Of a stretch of 64,000 bases of DNA, positions 10,159 to 19,299 are shown in pieces; position 1 is the stretch's first letter, and the number at the start of each line of letters is the position of its first letter. Made by a program: the position numbers and the translations under genes. Source of the stretch: an uncultured Eubacteriales bacterium (GTDB lineage: Bacteria > Bacillota > Clostridia > Oscillospirales > CAG-272); the NCBI GenBank assembly GCA_934447715.1, contig CAKSER010000002.1, forward strand, positions 18,083 through 82,082, written 5' to 3'. The notes under the pieces are model-generated. The model worked only from the letters and a program-made list of their open reading frames with translations, was not told where the DNA came from and did no database searches.

Positions 10159-11895
10159 TTATATATTGATCTTTGCAAGAAGCCATGCTCCGCCATAGCG
10201 AACAAAATAAAGCTTCATGGTACCCGAATCCTCGATATTTCTCCATCTGGAAAGAATAACATCATATTTTGCGGTGCAGGAGAAGCAGCTGTCTCCCCAA
10301 CTCTGATAATCCGAGGTTGTGATTGTCTGGCTTACAACCTTGAACTGGAAGTTCTGCGAGAAGCTGTATATCGTATTGTGCATCTCGGTATACGCCTGAG
10401 AATTTGCAAGGAGGCATGCGTTTACCTTTGCAAAGTTTGCCATTGTGTTTGTACCTCCGTTTGCGGTGTAGTTGATATATGCCGAAACGAATTTTTCTAC
10501 GACGCTGTCATATTTTTCGGAAAGCGTCTGGTCATACGGAGGAGTATATACAAATTCGTCCGGATTGCTTGTTTTATACTGAACAAGCTCAACGCCGTTC
10601 TTTGCCGTCACCTCAACGGTCGGAGTTTCATAAAGGCCGGAGATTACATATTCTGTCGGATGAATCTCTCCCTTGATAAAGCCGGATATCTCGCTTAACT
10701 GCGGATACTCCGGAGCGGTTTCCGAGGAGGAAAGCCACTCATCTGTAAGCAGAATTCCGTTTACCTTTATCTCTGTTTCGATTGCCGACGGGACCTTTAT
10801 AGATACAGTGTGAAGCTTATCTTTAGGAAGAGTAAAGATATATGTGTCCTCACCGACGGTTGTCATCTCAAGATCGTCCCCGAGCGTGGATATAACAGAA
10901 ACATACGGCTCGGAAAGAAGTCCCTTGACAGTATATTCGGTCATTCTGAATGCGGCATTGAAGCCCTCTGCATTCTCATACATAATATCCGAATTTGTAA
11001 TCTGATCCTCGCCGACGCGTGAATTGCCAACCGTAACAATCGCATCCGACGGAGCGGTTATCTTCACGGTATGCGACATTTCCTCGGGGCATACAACATC
11101 ACATTCGGTGTCGGTATAAACCGAGGCATATTCAACACTGTCCTGATCAAGCGCCCTTACAAACGGCACCGTGAGAAAGCCGTCGAGCTTGTATACATCG
11201 ACCATCGGCGCAACAGACGGATCAGACTCGAACTTTGCATTTTCCGCAAGCTTGCTCGACACTACAAGAGAGGGATCAAGCCCTTTCCCGTTTATTGTAA
11301 CCGTCATGCCCTGCGGCACGCGGAGCGTAAATTCAAATGTGTGAACGTCGCTTAAATCGATAAGAAGCTCCGCACTTTCCACAGTCCACTGGTGAAGTCC
11401 GAATCTCGATTCCTGCTCCGACGGAGCAAGTGTGATCTTTGCGACCTCTCTGTCGTTTGAAAGAACCGTATAGACCGGCTTTTCCGCCGTATACTCCTTT
11501 GCAAGCTTTCTAAAGGAATACTCGCTTCCGATAGCCGGTATAAGAACCTTCTTTATCGCTCTGTCAAGCGACTCGTATTCGCTGACCTTTCCGGCAAACT
11601 CATCCGAAAGAAGCTGCTTTAAAATCCCGGTGTCAAAGCCGCTGACGACTTTCTGCATCATGTTGTCGGGTCTTGTTTTTTCATACTCGGATGTATAATC
11701 GTAAAACATTCTCAGTCCGACTATACCGCAAAGGAGCATTACCGCAAGATATGCGCCGAATATCTTCCAAAAGCGCTTCTTGTTTACCGGCTGCTTCTCC
11801 TTCTTTGCGGTTTTTACGATGTTGTCCGTTTTTATATCCATATCCATATATAATCTGTAATCCTTCTGCGATTTGGTTATATTATTTAAGAACAA
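10159..11895 (-). CDS. Large single-pass membrane protein of unknown function (cassette copy 2 partner)
   Basis: 578 aa in the maximal ORF, which starts at a TTG overlapping the upstream gene by 14 nt. The more likely start is the ATG at 11847 (MDMDIKTDN), which has AGAAGGA 13 nt upstream. The protein has one TM segment (IFGAYLAVMLLCGIVGL) and a large extracytoplasmic region colinear with 6960-8939. Confidence 0.72.
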   Translation of the reverse strand: MFLNNITKSQKDYRLYMDMDIKTDNIVKTAKKEKQPVNKKRFWKIFGAYLAVMLLCGIVGLRMFYDYTSEYEKTRPDNMMQKVVSGFDTGILKQLLSDEFAGKVSEYESLDRAIKKVLIPAIGSEYSFRKLAKEYTAEKPVYTVLSNDREVAKITLAPSEQESRFGLHQWTVESAELLIDLSDVHTFEFTLRVPQGMTVTINGKGLDPSLVVSSKLAENAKFESDPSVAPMVDVYKLDGFLTVPFVRALDQDSVEYASVYTDTECDVVCPEEMSHTVKITAPSDAIVTVGNSRVGEDQITNSDIMYENAEGFNAAFRMTEYTVKGLLSEPYVSVISTLGDDLEMTTVGEDTYIFTLPKDKLHTVSIKVPSAIETEIKVNGILLTDEWLSSSETAPEYPQLSEISGFIKGEIHPTEYVISGLYETPTVEVTAKNGVELVQYKTSNPDEFVYTPPYDQTLSEKYDSVVEKFVSAYINYTANGGTNTMANFAKVNACLLANSQAYTEMHNTIYSFSQNFQFKVVSQTITTSDYQSWGDSCFSCTAKYDVILSRWRNIEDSGTMKLYFVRYGGAWLLAKINI

Positions 11896-12952
11896 GGAAC
11901 GAAGATGCCAAAACTCTCTCGCCGTAAATATATGCCGATGTGTTAAGAGAACCGTTTTCGTATATCATAAGCGATGATCCTCCGCCGTCAAGGTTGGAGG
12001 CATTTACCGCATCAAACGACATCATTATCTCAACAAGGTCGTCAAAGGTTGCACCAAGACTTCCGAGCTGCCTTCCCTCGACTACAAGCATCAGAACCGC
12101 TCCGTCCGCCCTCTGACCGATGGCTGTTCTCGGGTTGTAGCCGCCGCTGAGATTTCCTGTACTGTTGCAGGGAACACCGTTAATAATAAGCGCAGGGCCG
12201 AAGCTGCACGCCTCGACAACGCCGGCGGAAAGTGCGTCTGCCGCCGTCATTTTCCCGACATGAAGAATGTGGTTCGAATCAAATCCGATAAGGCTCACAT
12301 TGCTTCCGGGAGAGCCCCATTTGATCTTTCCGTCCTTAATGATAACACCGGTAGGCTTTCCACCCTTTCCGGTTCCGTTTATATCCTCAAAGCCGCCTGC
12401 ATTTATGCCGGCAATGGCATCATATTTTTCCATCATCGCGCGCAGCTTAAGACCTACGCAGTTGTCGCCGTACGCATCCGGGATTCCGAGAGTAACCCTT
12501 GAAGGATCGGATACTATCATCATCGTACCGCGATAGGTGGATCCCTTTACCTCTACAATCTCGACACCGGATTTGTCCTTGTCGCCTGTTTTTGGCGTTT
12601 CAGGCTGATTCGGATCCGTGTCGTCGTTCTTTGTATCCTTATCGGTGTTGATCTTGATCAGATCGGTATTCGTTTTACCGTAATCATCCTCCGAGTCGGC
12701 AGCCTTTTCCTTTTTTGCAAGAATCTCGTCGATCTCATCCTTCGACAGACACATATTTGCAAGAAAACCGCCTGCACTAGTCTCTTTTACGGTCATAACG
12801 AACAGCTCCTTTAATGTACCCGACGGACCGTGAGTTATAACAAGCATCGTTCCGTAAAGCAGTCCTGCGATAAGCAGCAGATTGAGAAGCAAAACTATCC
12901 CTATTCTGCTAAGGACATATCCGACCTTTTTCTTTTTAGAGTTTTGTTCCAT
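11882..12952 (-). CDS. Membrane-anchored phosphodiester glycosidase family protein (DUF2233/NAGPA-like), copy 2
   Basis: 356 aa with a TM anchor. Motifs are NAGGF, NPRTAIGQRADGAVLMLVVEGR and NLDGGGSS. A GGAGA SD lies 6 nt upstream of the ATG. Confidence 0.8.
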   Translation of the reverse strand: MEQNSKKKKVGYVLSRIGIVLLLNLLLIAGLLYGTMLVITHGPSGTLKELFVMTVKETSAGGFLANMCLSKDEIDEILAKKEKAADSEDDYGKTNTDLIKINTDKDTKNDDTDPNQPETPKTGDKDKSGVEIVEVKGSTYRGTMMIVSDPSRVTLGIPDAYGDNCVGLKLRAMMEKYDAIAGINAGGFEDINGTGKGGKPTGVIIKDGKIKWGSPGSNVSLIGFDSNHILHVGKMTAADALSAGVVEACSFGPALIINGVPCNSTGNLSGGYNPRTAIGQRADGAVLMLVVEGRQLGSLGATFDDLVEIMMSFDAVNASNLDGGGSSLMIYENGSLNTSAYIYGERVLASSFLVLK

Positions 12953-13138
12953 TTTTTTCTCCGTTTCAAGATATTTCTCGGTGATTCAGTTTATCATAAC
13001 ACTTTTTTCGTTCGATTGCAATAGACAAGATTGATAATATTGCTTTCCGGATCAAAAATACAAAAGCAGGTATTTTTTTTAAAAAAACACAAATACTTTT
13101 AAAAAGAGAATAAAAAAGAAAAAGGAAAGTGATTTTTT

Positions 13139-13582
13139 ATGTCAAAGAAAACAGAATACGCAAAATATGCCGATAAACGGGCTGTAAAATCGAATCTGCT
13201 GAGCGACTGTGTCAAGGCATTTGCCGTCGGCGGACTGATCTGCTCGCTGGCTCAGGGATTTTTTATTTTTTACACCGCAATCGGAATCGATGAGTATACG
13301 GTAAAGATACTGACACCTGTAACACTTGTTTTTATAACCGCGGTGCTGACCGGCATCGGCGTGTTCAATGAAATTGCAAAATTTGCAGGCGCCGGAACGC
13401 TTGTTCCGATAACCGGATTTGCAAATTCGGTCGTTTCTCCTGCGATCGATAATAAAAACGAAGGTCAGGTGCTCGGACTCGGAGCCAAAATATTCATTAT
13501 ATCAGGTCCCGTAATCCTGTTCGGAAGCGCGGCATCGGTTCTTTACGGAATAGTTTATTATATTTGTCAGATAGTGGGGTGA
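13139..13582 (+). CDS. spoVAC: Stage V sporulation protein AC
   Basis: 147 aa multi-pass membrane protein containing LVPITGFANSVVSPAIDNKNEG. It is the first gene of a spoVAC-AD-AE tricistron. Confidence 0.9.
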   Translation: MSKKTEYAKYADKRAVKSNLLSDCVKAFAVGGLICSLAQGFFIFYTAIGIDEYTVKILTPVTLVFITAVLTGIGVFNEIAKFAGAGTLVPITGFANSVVSPAIDNKNEGQVLGLGAKIFIISGPVILFGSAASVLYGIVYYICQIVG

Positions 13583-13586
13583 GAAC

Positions 13587-14591
13587 ATGAACTCAAAGAT
13601 ATTAAGACCCAAATTTGCACCGTCGATTATCGCCTCCGCATCTGTTGTCGGAAAAAAGGAGCATGACGGCCCGCTCGGAAGCCTTTTTGATTACCACGAC
13701 GAAACAGATAAATTCGGAAGCAAAACCTGGGAGCAGTCGGAGGCTGCAATGCAGCAGCTGTCGCTGAATTTTGCGCTTTCCAAGGCAAAGCTCTCGCCAA
13801 GCGATCTTGATGCACTGTTTGCCGGAGACCTGATAAATCAGTGTACAAGCGCCGCATACGGGCTGCTCAGCTTCGATGTCCCGTATTTCGGGCTGTACGG
13901 CGCATGCTCGACGGTTGCGGAAGGCTTGATTTTAGCAACGCTTGCGCTTAATTCCGGATGCCTTGACCGTGTCGCAGTCACAACCTCGTCTCATAACTGC
14001 TCGGCTGAAAGACAGTTTCGGTTTCCGATCGAATACGGAGGCCAGAGAACTCCGACCTCGCAATGGACGGTCACAGGCTCCGCATCGTTTATTCTCGGAG
14101 ACGGCGACGGAGCGTATATAACAGAGGTGCTGCCGGGAAGAAGCGTGGATAACGGAATAACCGACGCAAATAACATGGGCGCGGCAATGGCTCCGGCTGT
14201 CGTCGATACACTGACAAGATATTTCAAAATGACAAGCATGAAGCCGTCCGACTTTGACGGGATATTCACGGGAGACCTCGGATATGAGGGACATTCTATC
14301 GTCGCCGATCTGATGAAGCAGAACGGAATCGACCTCGGTAGCGGCTTTAACGATTGCGGACTTTTAATTTATGACAGAGAAAAACAGGATGTGCATGCAG
14401 GAGCCTCCGGCTGCGGATGCTCTGCCACGGTTCTTTCGGCATATCTGCTTCCGAAGCTGCAAAAGGGAGAAATGACCGACATTCTGTTTATGGCAACAGG
14501 AGCGCTCATGAGCCCGATGCTTGTCATGCAGGGGCAGAGCATACCGGGAATTGCTCATCTTGTAAGAATAACAAAGGAAAGGTGTTTTTAA
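13587..14591 (+). CDS. spoVAD: Stage V sporulation protein AD
   Basis: 334 aa thiolase-like SpoVAD (VVGKKEHDGPLG..., GLYGACST). It lies between spoVAC and spoVAE. Confidence 0.9.
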   Translation: MNSKILRPKFAPSIIASASVVGKKEHDGPLGSLFDYHDETDKFGSKTWEQSEAAMQQLSLNFALSKAKLSPSDLDALFAGDLINQCTSAAYGLLSFDVPYFGLYGACSTVAEGLILATLALNSGCLDRVAVTTSSHNCSAERQFRFPIEYGGQRTPTSQWTVTGSASFILGDGDGAYITEVLPGRSVDNGITDANNMGAAMAPAVVDTLTRYFKMTSMKPSDFDGIFTGDLGYEGHSIVADLMKQNGIDLGSGFNDCGLLIYDREKQDVHAGASGCGCSATVLSAYLLPKLQKGEMTDILFMATGALMSPMLVMQGQSIPGIAHLVRITKERCF

Positions 14592-14597
14592 TTATAA

Positions 14598-14966
14598 ATG
14601 GATATTATAATCGACCTGTTAAAAGCTTTTGTCATCGGAGGACTTTTCTGCGTCATAGCACAGATACTGATAGATAAGACAAAGCTTACACCGGCAAGAA
14701 TTCTTGTAGGCTATGTGGTTATAGGAGTACTTCTCGGCGCTGTCGGAGTCTATCAGCCGATTGTCGATTTTGCCGGATGCGGAGCAACAACCCCTCTTAC
14801 CGGTTTTGGCTATAACCTTGCACTCGGCGTAAAAAAGGCGATAGAGGAGCACGGTGCAATCGGAATACTCACCGGAGGTATAACCGGCGCTGCCGGAGGA
14901 ATCACCGCCGCACTTGTTTTCGGATATATCACCGCTCTGTTCTGTAACGCAAAGCCAAAAAAGTAA
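14598..14966 (+). CDS. spoVAE: Stage V sporulation protein AE (SpoVAEB type)
   Basis: 122 aa membrane protein containing GATTPLTGFGYNLA and GGITGAAGGI. It is the third gene of the spoVA cluster. Confidence 0.85.
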   Translation: MDIIIDLLKAFVIGGLFCVIAQILIDKTKLTPARILVGYVVIGVLLGAVGVYQPIVDFAGCGATTPLTGFGYNLALGVKKAIEEHGAIGILTGGITGAAGGITAALVFGYITALFCNAKPKK

Positions 14967-15133
14967 AAAAACAAGGTAAAAACCGCAACCCCACCGACTC
15001 ATGGGAGCTTAGGAGAGGTTTAAACCGCCTGTAAAGCCGCCTATAGATACCGGCACGCTTTTAAAGAATTCAGATGCAGCATTCAAAAAAGCATAGCGGT
15101 TTCCCTTTTGAATATTGCTGAAAAATATAAAAA

Positions 15134-15185
15134 GCGGACACATCCCGTTTGCTCCAAAGGCATTTCGGAAGGTTGTCCGTTTTTA
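15134..15185 (+). terminator. Terminator after spoVAE
   Basis: cggaca (15135-15140) pairs with tgtccg (15174-15179) and is followed by TTTTT. The loop is long. Confidence 0.45.
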
Positions 15186-15190
15186 TCTGC

Positions 15191-15222
15191 AAAAAAGGTG
15201 CCGTGCAGTTCTGCGCGGCACC
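15191..15222 (-). terminator. Terminator after tpiA
   Basis: ggtgccg (15197-15203) pairs with cggcacc (15216-15222). The minus-strand T-run corresponds to the plus-strand A6 at 15191-15196. Confidence 0.7.
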
Positions 15223-15265
15223 TAAATACTGCTTTAAATTGTCCGAAAAGGCTTTTTGACCCCGG

Positions 15266-15313
15266 TTCTTTAAAGAGATACTTCTTTCAAAGAGATTCTT
15301 TTAAAGAAAGATA
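15266..15313. repeat. Three tandem copies of a palindromic TCTTTnAAAGA unit
   Basis: tctttaaaga at 15267-15276, tctttcaaaga at 15283-15293 and tcttttaaaga at 15297-15307, each inside a repeat unit of about 15 nt, TTCTTTnAAAGAGAT. Confidence 0.8.
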
Positions 15314-15320
15314 CCCCCGA

Positions 15321-16088
15321 TTACTGAGCAGCGTCGATAATTGCGGCAAAATCCGCAGCCTTGAGCGAAGCTCCGCCGATAAGGCCGCCGTCGACATCTG
15401 CCTTTGAAAGCAGCTCCGCCGCATTGCCCGGCTTCATCGATCCGCCGTACTGAATGGTAATCGCATCCGCTACATCCTTACCGTACTTCGAGGCAAGAGT
15501 CTGACGGATAATTGCGCAAACCTCCTCTGCCTGATCGGAGGTCGCGGTTCTTCCGGTTCCGATAGCCCATACAGGCTCGTATGCAACGATGATCTTCTTT
15601 GCAGCGTCAGCATCAACACCGAGGAAAGCAACCTTTGTCTGCTTTGCAACAACCTCTGCTGTAATGTCCTGATCTCTCTGCTCAAGAGTCTCGCCGACGC
15701 AGACAATAGGCTTAAGTCCTGCTTCAAGAGCCTTGAGGGTTCTTAAATTAACAGTCTCATCGGTTTCGCCGAAATACTGTCTTCTTTCGCTGTGACCGAT
15801 AATAACATACTCTACGCCGATCTCATTCAGCATTTCAGCCGAAATTTCTCCGGTGTATGCACCGCTGTCCTTAAAGTGAACGTTCTGCGCACCGACCTTG
15901 ATATTTGTTCCGGCAGCAGCCTTCACAGCAGTTTCAAGATCTACAAACGGTACACAAACGATAATTTCGCATTTGTCCTTACCCTTTGCAAGCGGAATAA
16001 TTTCGCCGATAAGCTCCTTTGCCTGCGAAGGGGTAAGATTCATCTTCCAGTTGCCGGCAATTACTGTTTTTCTGAGTGCAGTATTCAT
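15321..16088 (-). CDS. tpiA: Triosephosphate isomerase
   Basis: 255 aa with GNWKMN, the IIGHSERR catalytic region and AYEPVWAIGTG. Confidence 0.95.
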   Translation of the reverse strand: MNTALRKTVIAGNWKMNLTPSQAKELIGEIIPLAKGKDKCEIIVCVPFVDLETAVKAAAGTNIKVGAQNVHFKDSGAYTGEISAEMLNEIGVEYVIIGHSERRQYFGETDETVNLRTLKALEAGLKPIVCVGETLEQRDQDITAEVVAKQTKVAFLGVDADAAKKIIVAYEPVWAIGTGRTATSDQAEEVCAIIRQTLASKYGKDVADAITIQYGGSMKPGNAAELLSKADVDGGLIGGASLKAADFAAIIDAAQ

Positions 16089-16111
16089 TATTTTAATACC
16101 TCAAATCGTAA

Positions 16112-17299
16112 TTATTTATCAAGCAGGCATGCAATACCGGGAAGCTCCTTGCCCTCGAGGAATTCAAGAGAAGCTCCGCCGCCTGTGGAGATATGTGTCA
16201 TCTTGTCTGCAAAGCCGAGCTTTTCGATTGCAGCTGCGGAATCTCCGCCGCCGATAATCGAGATAGCGCCGCTTTCTGCGACTGCAGTTGCAACAGCCTC
16301 TGTTCCTGCAGCAAAGTTCTTCCACTCGGATACGCCCATCGGTCCGTTCCAGACAACAGTTCCGGCGCCGCTTATCGACTTGGAGAACAGCTCTCTTGTA
16401 ACCGGTCCGATATCAAGTCCCATCCAGCCGTCCGGAATCGAATCGGAATTGATTGTCATGTGAGTTGTATTCTCGTCATACTCGCGTCCGATCTCGTTGT
16501 CCACCGGGATAAGGAAGGAAACGCCCTTCTTTCTTGCCTTTGCCATTGTCTCGCGTGCGATATCAAGCTTGTCCTCCTCGCAAAGAGATGTTCCAACCTC
16601 ATTGCCCATAGACTTGAAGAAGGTATAAGCCATTCCGCCGCCGATGATAAGAGTATCAACCTTTTCGATGAGGTTGTTGATAACGCCGATCTTGTCGGAA
16701 ACCTTCGCACCGCCGAGAATTGCAACAAACGGTCTTGCCGGATCTGCAAGTGCCTTGCCCATTACGCTGATTTCCTTCTGGATAAGATAGCCGCAAACCG
16801 CAGGGAGATAATCTGCTACGCCTGCAGTGGAGGCATGTGCTCTGTGAGCAGCTCCGAAAGCGTCGTTTACAAAGATGTCAGCCATAGAAGCAAGCTCCTT
16901 TGCAAACTCCGGATCGTTCTTTTCCTCTCTCTTGTCAAAGCGTGTGTTCTCGATCAGAAGAACCTCGCCATCCTTAAGAGAGGCAGCCTTTGTCTTTGCA
17001 TCCTCACCGATAGTGTCCTTTGCAAAAGCAATCTCCTTGCCGAGAAGCTCGCTGATTCTCTTTGCAACAGGAGCAAGAGAATACTTTTCAACAACCTCAC
17101 CCTTCGGCTTGCCCATGTGAGAGCAGAGGATGACCTTAGCACCGTTTGCCATAAGATATTTGATTGTAGGAAGAGCCTCGACGATTCTCTTGTCGGAGGT
17201 GATAACTCCGTCCTTCATCGGAACGTTGAAATCGCATCTTGCAAGAACTCTCTTGCCCTTTACATCAATGTCTTCAATTGTTTTCTTGTTGTAATCCAT
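16112..17299 (-). CDS. pgk: Phosphoglycerate kinase
   Basis: 395 aa with RCDFNVP and [18 protein letters not shown]. Confidence 0.95.
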   Translation of the reverse strand: MDYNKKTIEDIDVKGKRVLARCDFNVPMKDGVITSDKRIVEALPTIKYLMANGAKVILCSHMGKPKGEVVEKYSLAPVAKRISELLGKEIAFAKDTIGEDAKTKAASLKDGEVLLIENTRFDKREEKNDPEFAKELASMADIFVNDAFGAAHRAHASTAGVADYLPAVCGYLIQKEISVMGKALADPARPFVAILGGAKVSDKIGVINNLIEKVDTLIIGGGMAYTFFKSMGNEVGTSLCEEDKLDIARETMAKARKKGVSFLIPVDNEIGREYDENTTHMTINSDSIPDGWMGLDIGPVTRELFSKSISGAGTVVWNGPMGVSEWKNFAAGTEAVATAVAESGAISIIGGGDSAAAIEKLGFADKMTHISTGGGASLEFLEGKELPGIACLLDK

Positions 17300-17353
17300 T
17301 TTTTTATAAATCCACCTATTCCATCAGATTTTTGAACATAATTACATATAGTA

Positions 17354-17382
17354 ATATTAGCACATTTTTCTGTGATTATCAA
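17354..17382 (-). promoter_or_regulatory. Sigma-A type promoter of pgk-tpiA
   Basis: On the minus strand, TTGATA (rc of 17377-17382), a 17 nt spacer, and TAATAT (rc of 17354-17359). It lies about 50 nt upstream of the pgk ATG. Confidence 0.6.
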
Positions 17383-17494
17383 CAGTGATTTTTCTTTTTT
17401 ATGTATTTATTTGATTAAATCGTCACTTGACACAAATTTTTCCTGTGGCAGCGCAGGATTTTTTGCTTTTTGCCGCAGGAAAACGGTAAAAAAG

Positions 17495-17540
17495 CAAAAA
17501 AAACAGGAGGCAGCAACCCATTTTCGGTGCGCCTCCGCTT
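17495..17540. terminator. Bidirectional terminator after ruvX
   Basis: ggaggc (17506-17511) pairs with gcctcc (17531-17536). It is flanked by A9 upstream and gcTTTTTTT downstream. Confidence 0.55.
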
Positions 17541-17612
17541 TTTTTGTTACGATATCCGCCGTTTTTTTTGATGTCTGCCCCTTTCGGTCCCCTTGACCCG
17601 TTCAGACTGTCT

Positions 17613-18041
17613 TCAGCCCGAATTCCTGGTCTTATCAATATAGTTCTGCAGAATAATCTGCGCAGACAGGGTGTCGACAACATTCTTCCGTTTTTTCCCT
17701 CTTGTGTCGGTCATATTAAGTATCTGGTGCGCCTGCATTGTTGTGCAGCGCTCGTCAAAAAGCACAACCTCAATTCCGGTTTCCTCTTCAATAAAGCGCG
17801 CAAAATCCGCGACCTTCTCTGCTCGCTCTCCTTCTGTGCCATTCATGTTGATCGGGTATCCCATAACGATTTTGCAGATAGAATACTCCTCGATATATTT
17901 TTTTATTTCGCAAAGAAGCGCAGTCCTCCCGGCAGCCTTAACCGTTCCGATTCCGGATGCCATAAAGCCGATAGGGTCGCTTACCGCAAAGCCGGTTCTT
18001 ACATCGCCGTAGTCTATTCCGAGGTATCTTTTTTCCTTCAT
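17613..18041 (-). CDS. ruvX: Holliday junction resolvase-like nuclease RuvX (YqgF)
   Basis: 142 aa with YLGIDYGDVRTG at the N-terminus and a DERCTT motif. Confidence 0.9.
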   Translation of the reverse strand: MKEKRYLGIDYGDVRTGFAVSDPIGFMASGIGTVKAAGRTALLCEIKKYIEEYSICKIVMGYPINMNGTEGERAEKVADFARFIEEETGIEVVLFDERCTTMQAHQILNMTDTRGKKRKNVVDTLSAQIILQNYIDKTRNSG

Positions 18042-18098
18042 AATCTTATAATCTCAAATCTTTTTCTTATATTTGTATTTCAGGTCAGATAAGACAAA

Positions 18099-19040
18099 TC
18101 AAACCTCAAAGGTTATTTCATTGTCTTCGATAAAGCGGATCATCCGCGACAGCGTGGGAACCGATTCCGCCCCACCCTCAGTCATCACCGTCATAGCTCC
18201 TGCAACACATCCGAGCTCGCAGGCGCGCTTGATGTTGCCGGAACGCATATATTCGGTTATCACGGCAGCATCAAATGCTTCTCCGGCACAGGACTCGTCA
18301 ACAGTCTTTACATCATACGCAGGCATGTATTTAAAATACTTTCCGTTGTAAAGATACGCACCTCTGTCGCCGAGCTTTAAAACATAATATTTCGCCTTGA
18401 TCTTCTTTTCAAGCTCAATGCATGCCCTTCCGCAACTGTCAAACGAGTCGGGAGCAACTCCGGTATACGCATGGATTTCGCTTTCGTTAAGCATGAAAAC
18501 CGCGATATTCTCAAGCTCGCCCAAAGCAACCGAGACATTGCTCGGTCCGCCGTCGGCAAACACCGGAATGCCCTCCTCCTTTGCAAGGACGGTAGCCTTA
18601 AGAATAAGCTCCGGAGCAAGGTCGAAATGTATAAGCACCGCATCGGGATAGGAAAGGAACGCTTCCTCAACATCCTCCTCCTCGATATTTCCGCAGGTGC
18701 CGGAAAGCCTCAGGCTGTTTGTCCTGCCGAAGGTGTCAACACCGCTTACATTCAGCCGCGTTCTCGTATTGCGCTTTTTTACGACGAATCTGGCATCGAC
18801 GCTTGCCTGTTTAAGAGACAGAATCAGCTTTTCGCCGAAAACATCGTCCCCGACCCTGGAGCAGCAGAGTGCCTCCGCTCCCATCCTTGACAGTGCAATC
18901 GCCGAGGCAAATCCGCTTCCGCCGTAGCTGTAATCATAGCCTCCGCCGAATATCGTCTCTCCGCCGGACGGGAATCTTTTTATGTCTGTTCTTAGCTCCG
19001 CATATGAATCTCCGATTACGAGTATTCTGCTTTTTCGCAT
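18099..19040 (-). CDS. PfkB/ribokinase-family carbohydrate kinase
   Basis: Ribokinase-like fold with N-terminal ILVIGDS, a GG dipeptide region and C-terminal DESCAGEAF...GA. I moved the start to the ATG at 19040 (MRKSRILVIGD), which follows a GGAGGGGTGG SD. The ORF track's start at 19070 has no SD. Confidence 0.75.
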   Translation of the reverse strand: MRKSRILVIGDSYAELRTDIKRFPSGGETIFGGGYDYSYGGSGFASAIALSRMGAEALCCSRVGDDVFGEKLILSLKQASVDARFVVKKRNTRTRLNVSGVDTFGRTNSLRLSGTCGNIEEEDVEEAFLSYPDAVLIHFDLAPELILKATVLAKEEGIPVFADGGPSNVSVALGELENIAVFMLNESEIHAYTGVAPDSFDSCGRACIELEKKIKAKYYVLKLGDRGAYLYNGKYFKYMPAYDVKTVDESCAGEAFDAAVITEYMRSGNIKRACELGCVAGAMTVMTEGGAESVPTLSRMIRFIEDNEITFEV

Positions 19041-19227
19041 TGAATTTCCACCCCTCCGGCAAGCCGTCAATTAAAATCCGACGCATTTCTGCCTTTTATT
19101 ACATTATTTCATCTCATTTTAGCATATATTCAAAATCAAATCAATAGCTTTTTCCAAGGATTCATTAAGACAGCGGCTTTTAAAGCAGACAGGGCCATGT
19201 AAGATTGCCCTGATTGCCCTTTATCTA

Positions 19228-19256
19228 TTGACAGCCTGCAAAATTAATGCTAGACT
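19228..19256 (+). promoter_or_regulatory. Sigma-A type promoter of the THUMP methyltransferase gene
   Basis: TTGACA at 19228-19233, a 17 nt spacer, and TAGACT at 19251-19256. Confidence 0.5.
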
Positions 19257-19299
19257 TACAGGGAAAAGCGAAAGAAATTATAGAAACGGATTTTAAAAA

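Noticed and set aside
15108-15407. 99 aa ORF in the spoVAE-tpiA gap
   Set aside because: It spans two terminator hairpins and runs antisense into tpiA, with no SD. It is spurious.
16193-17335. 380 aa plus-strand ORF
   Set aside because: It is entirely antisense to pgk, whose identity is unambiguous. It has no SD, its composition is Cys/Ser/Leu-rich nonsense, and long antisense frames are a known by-product of codon bias.
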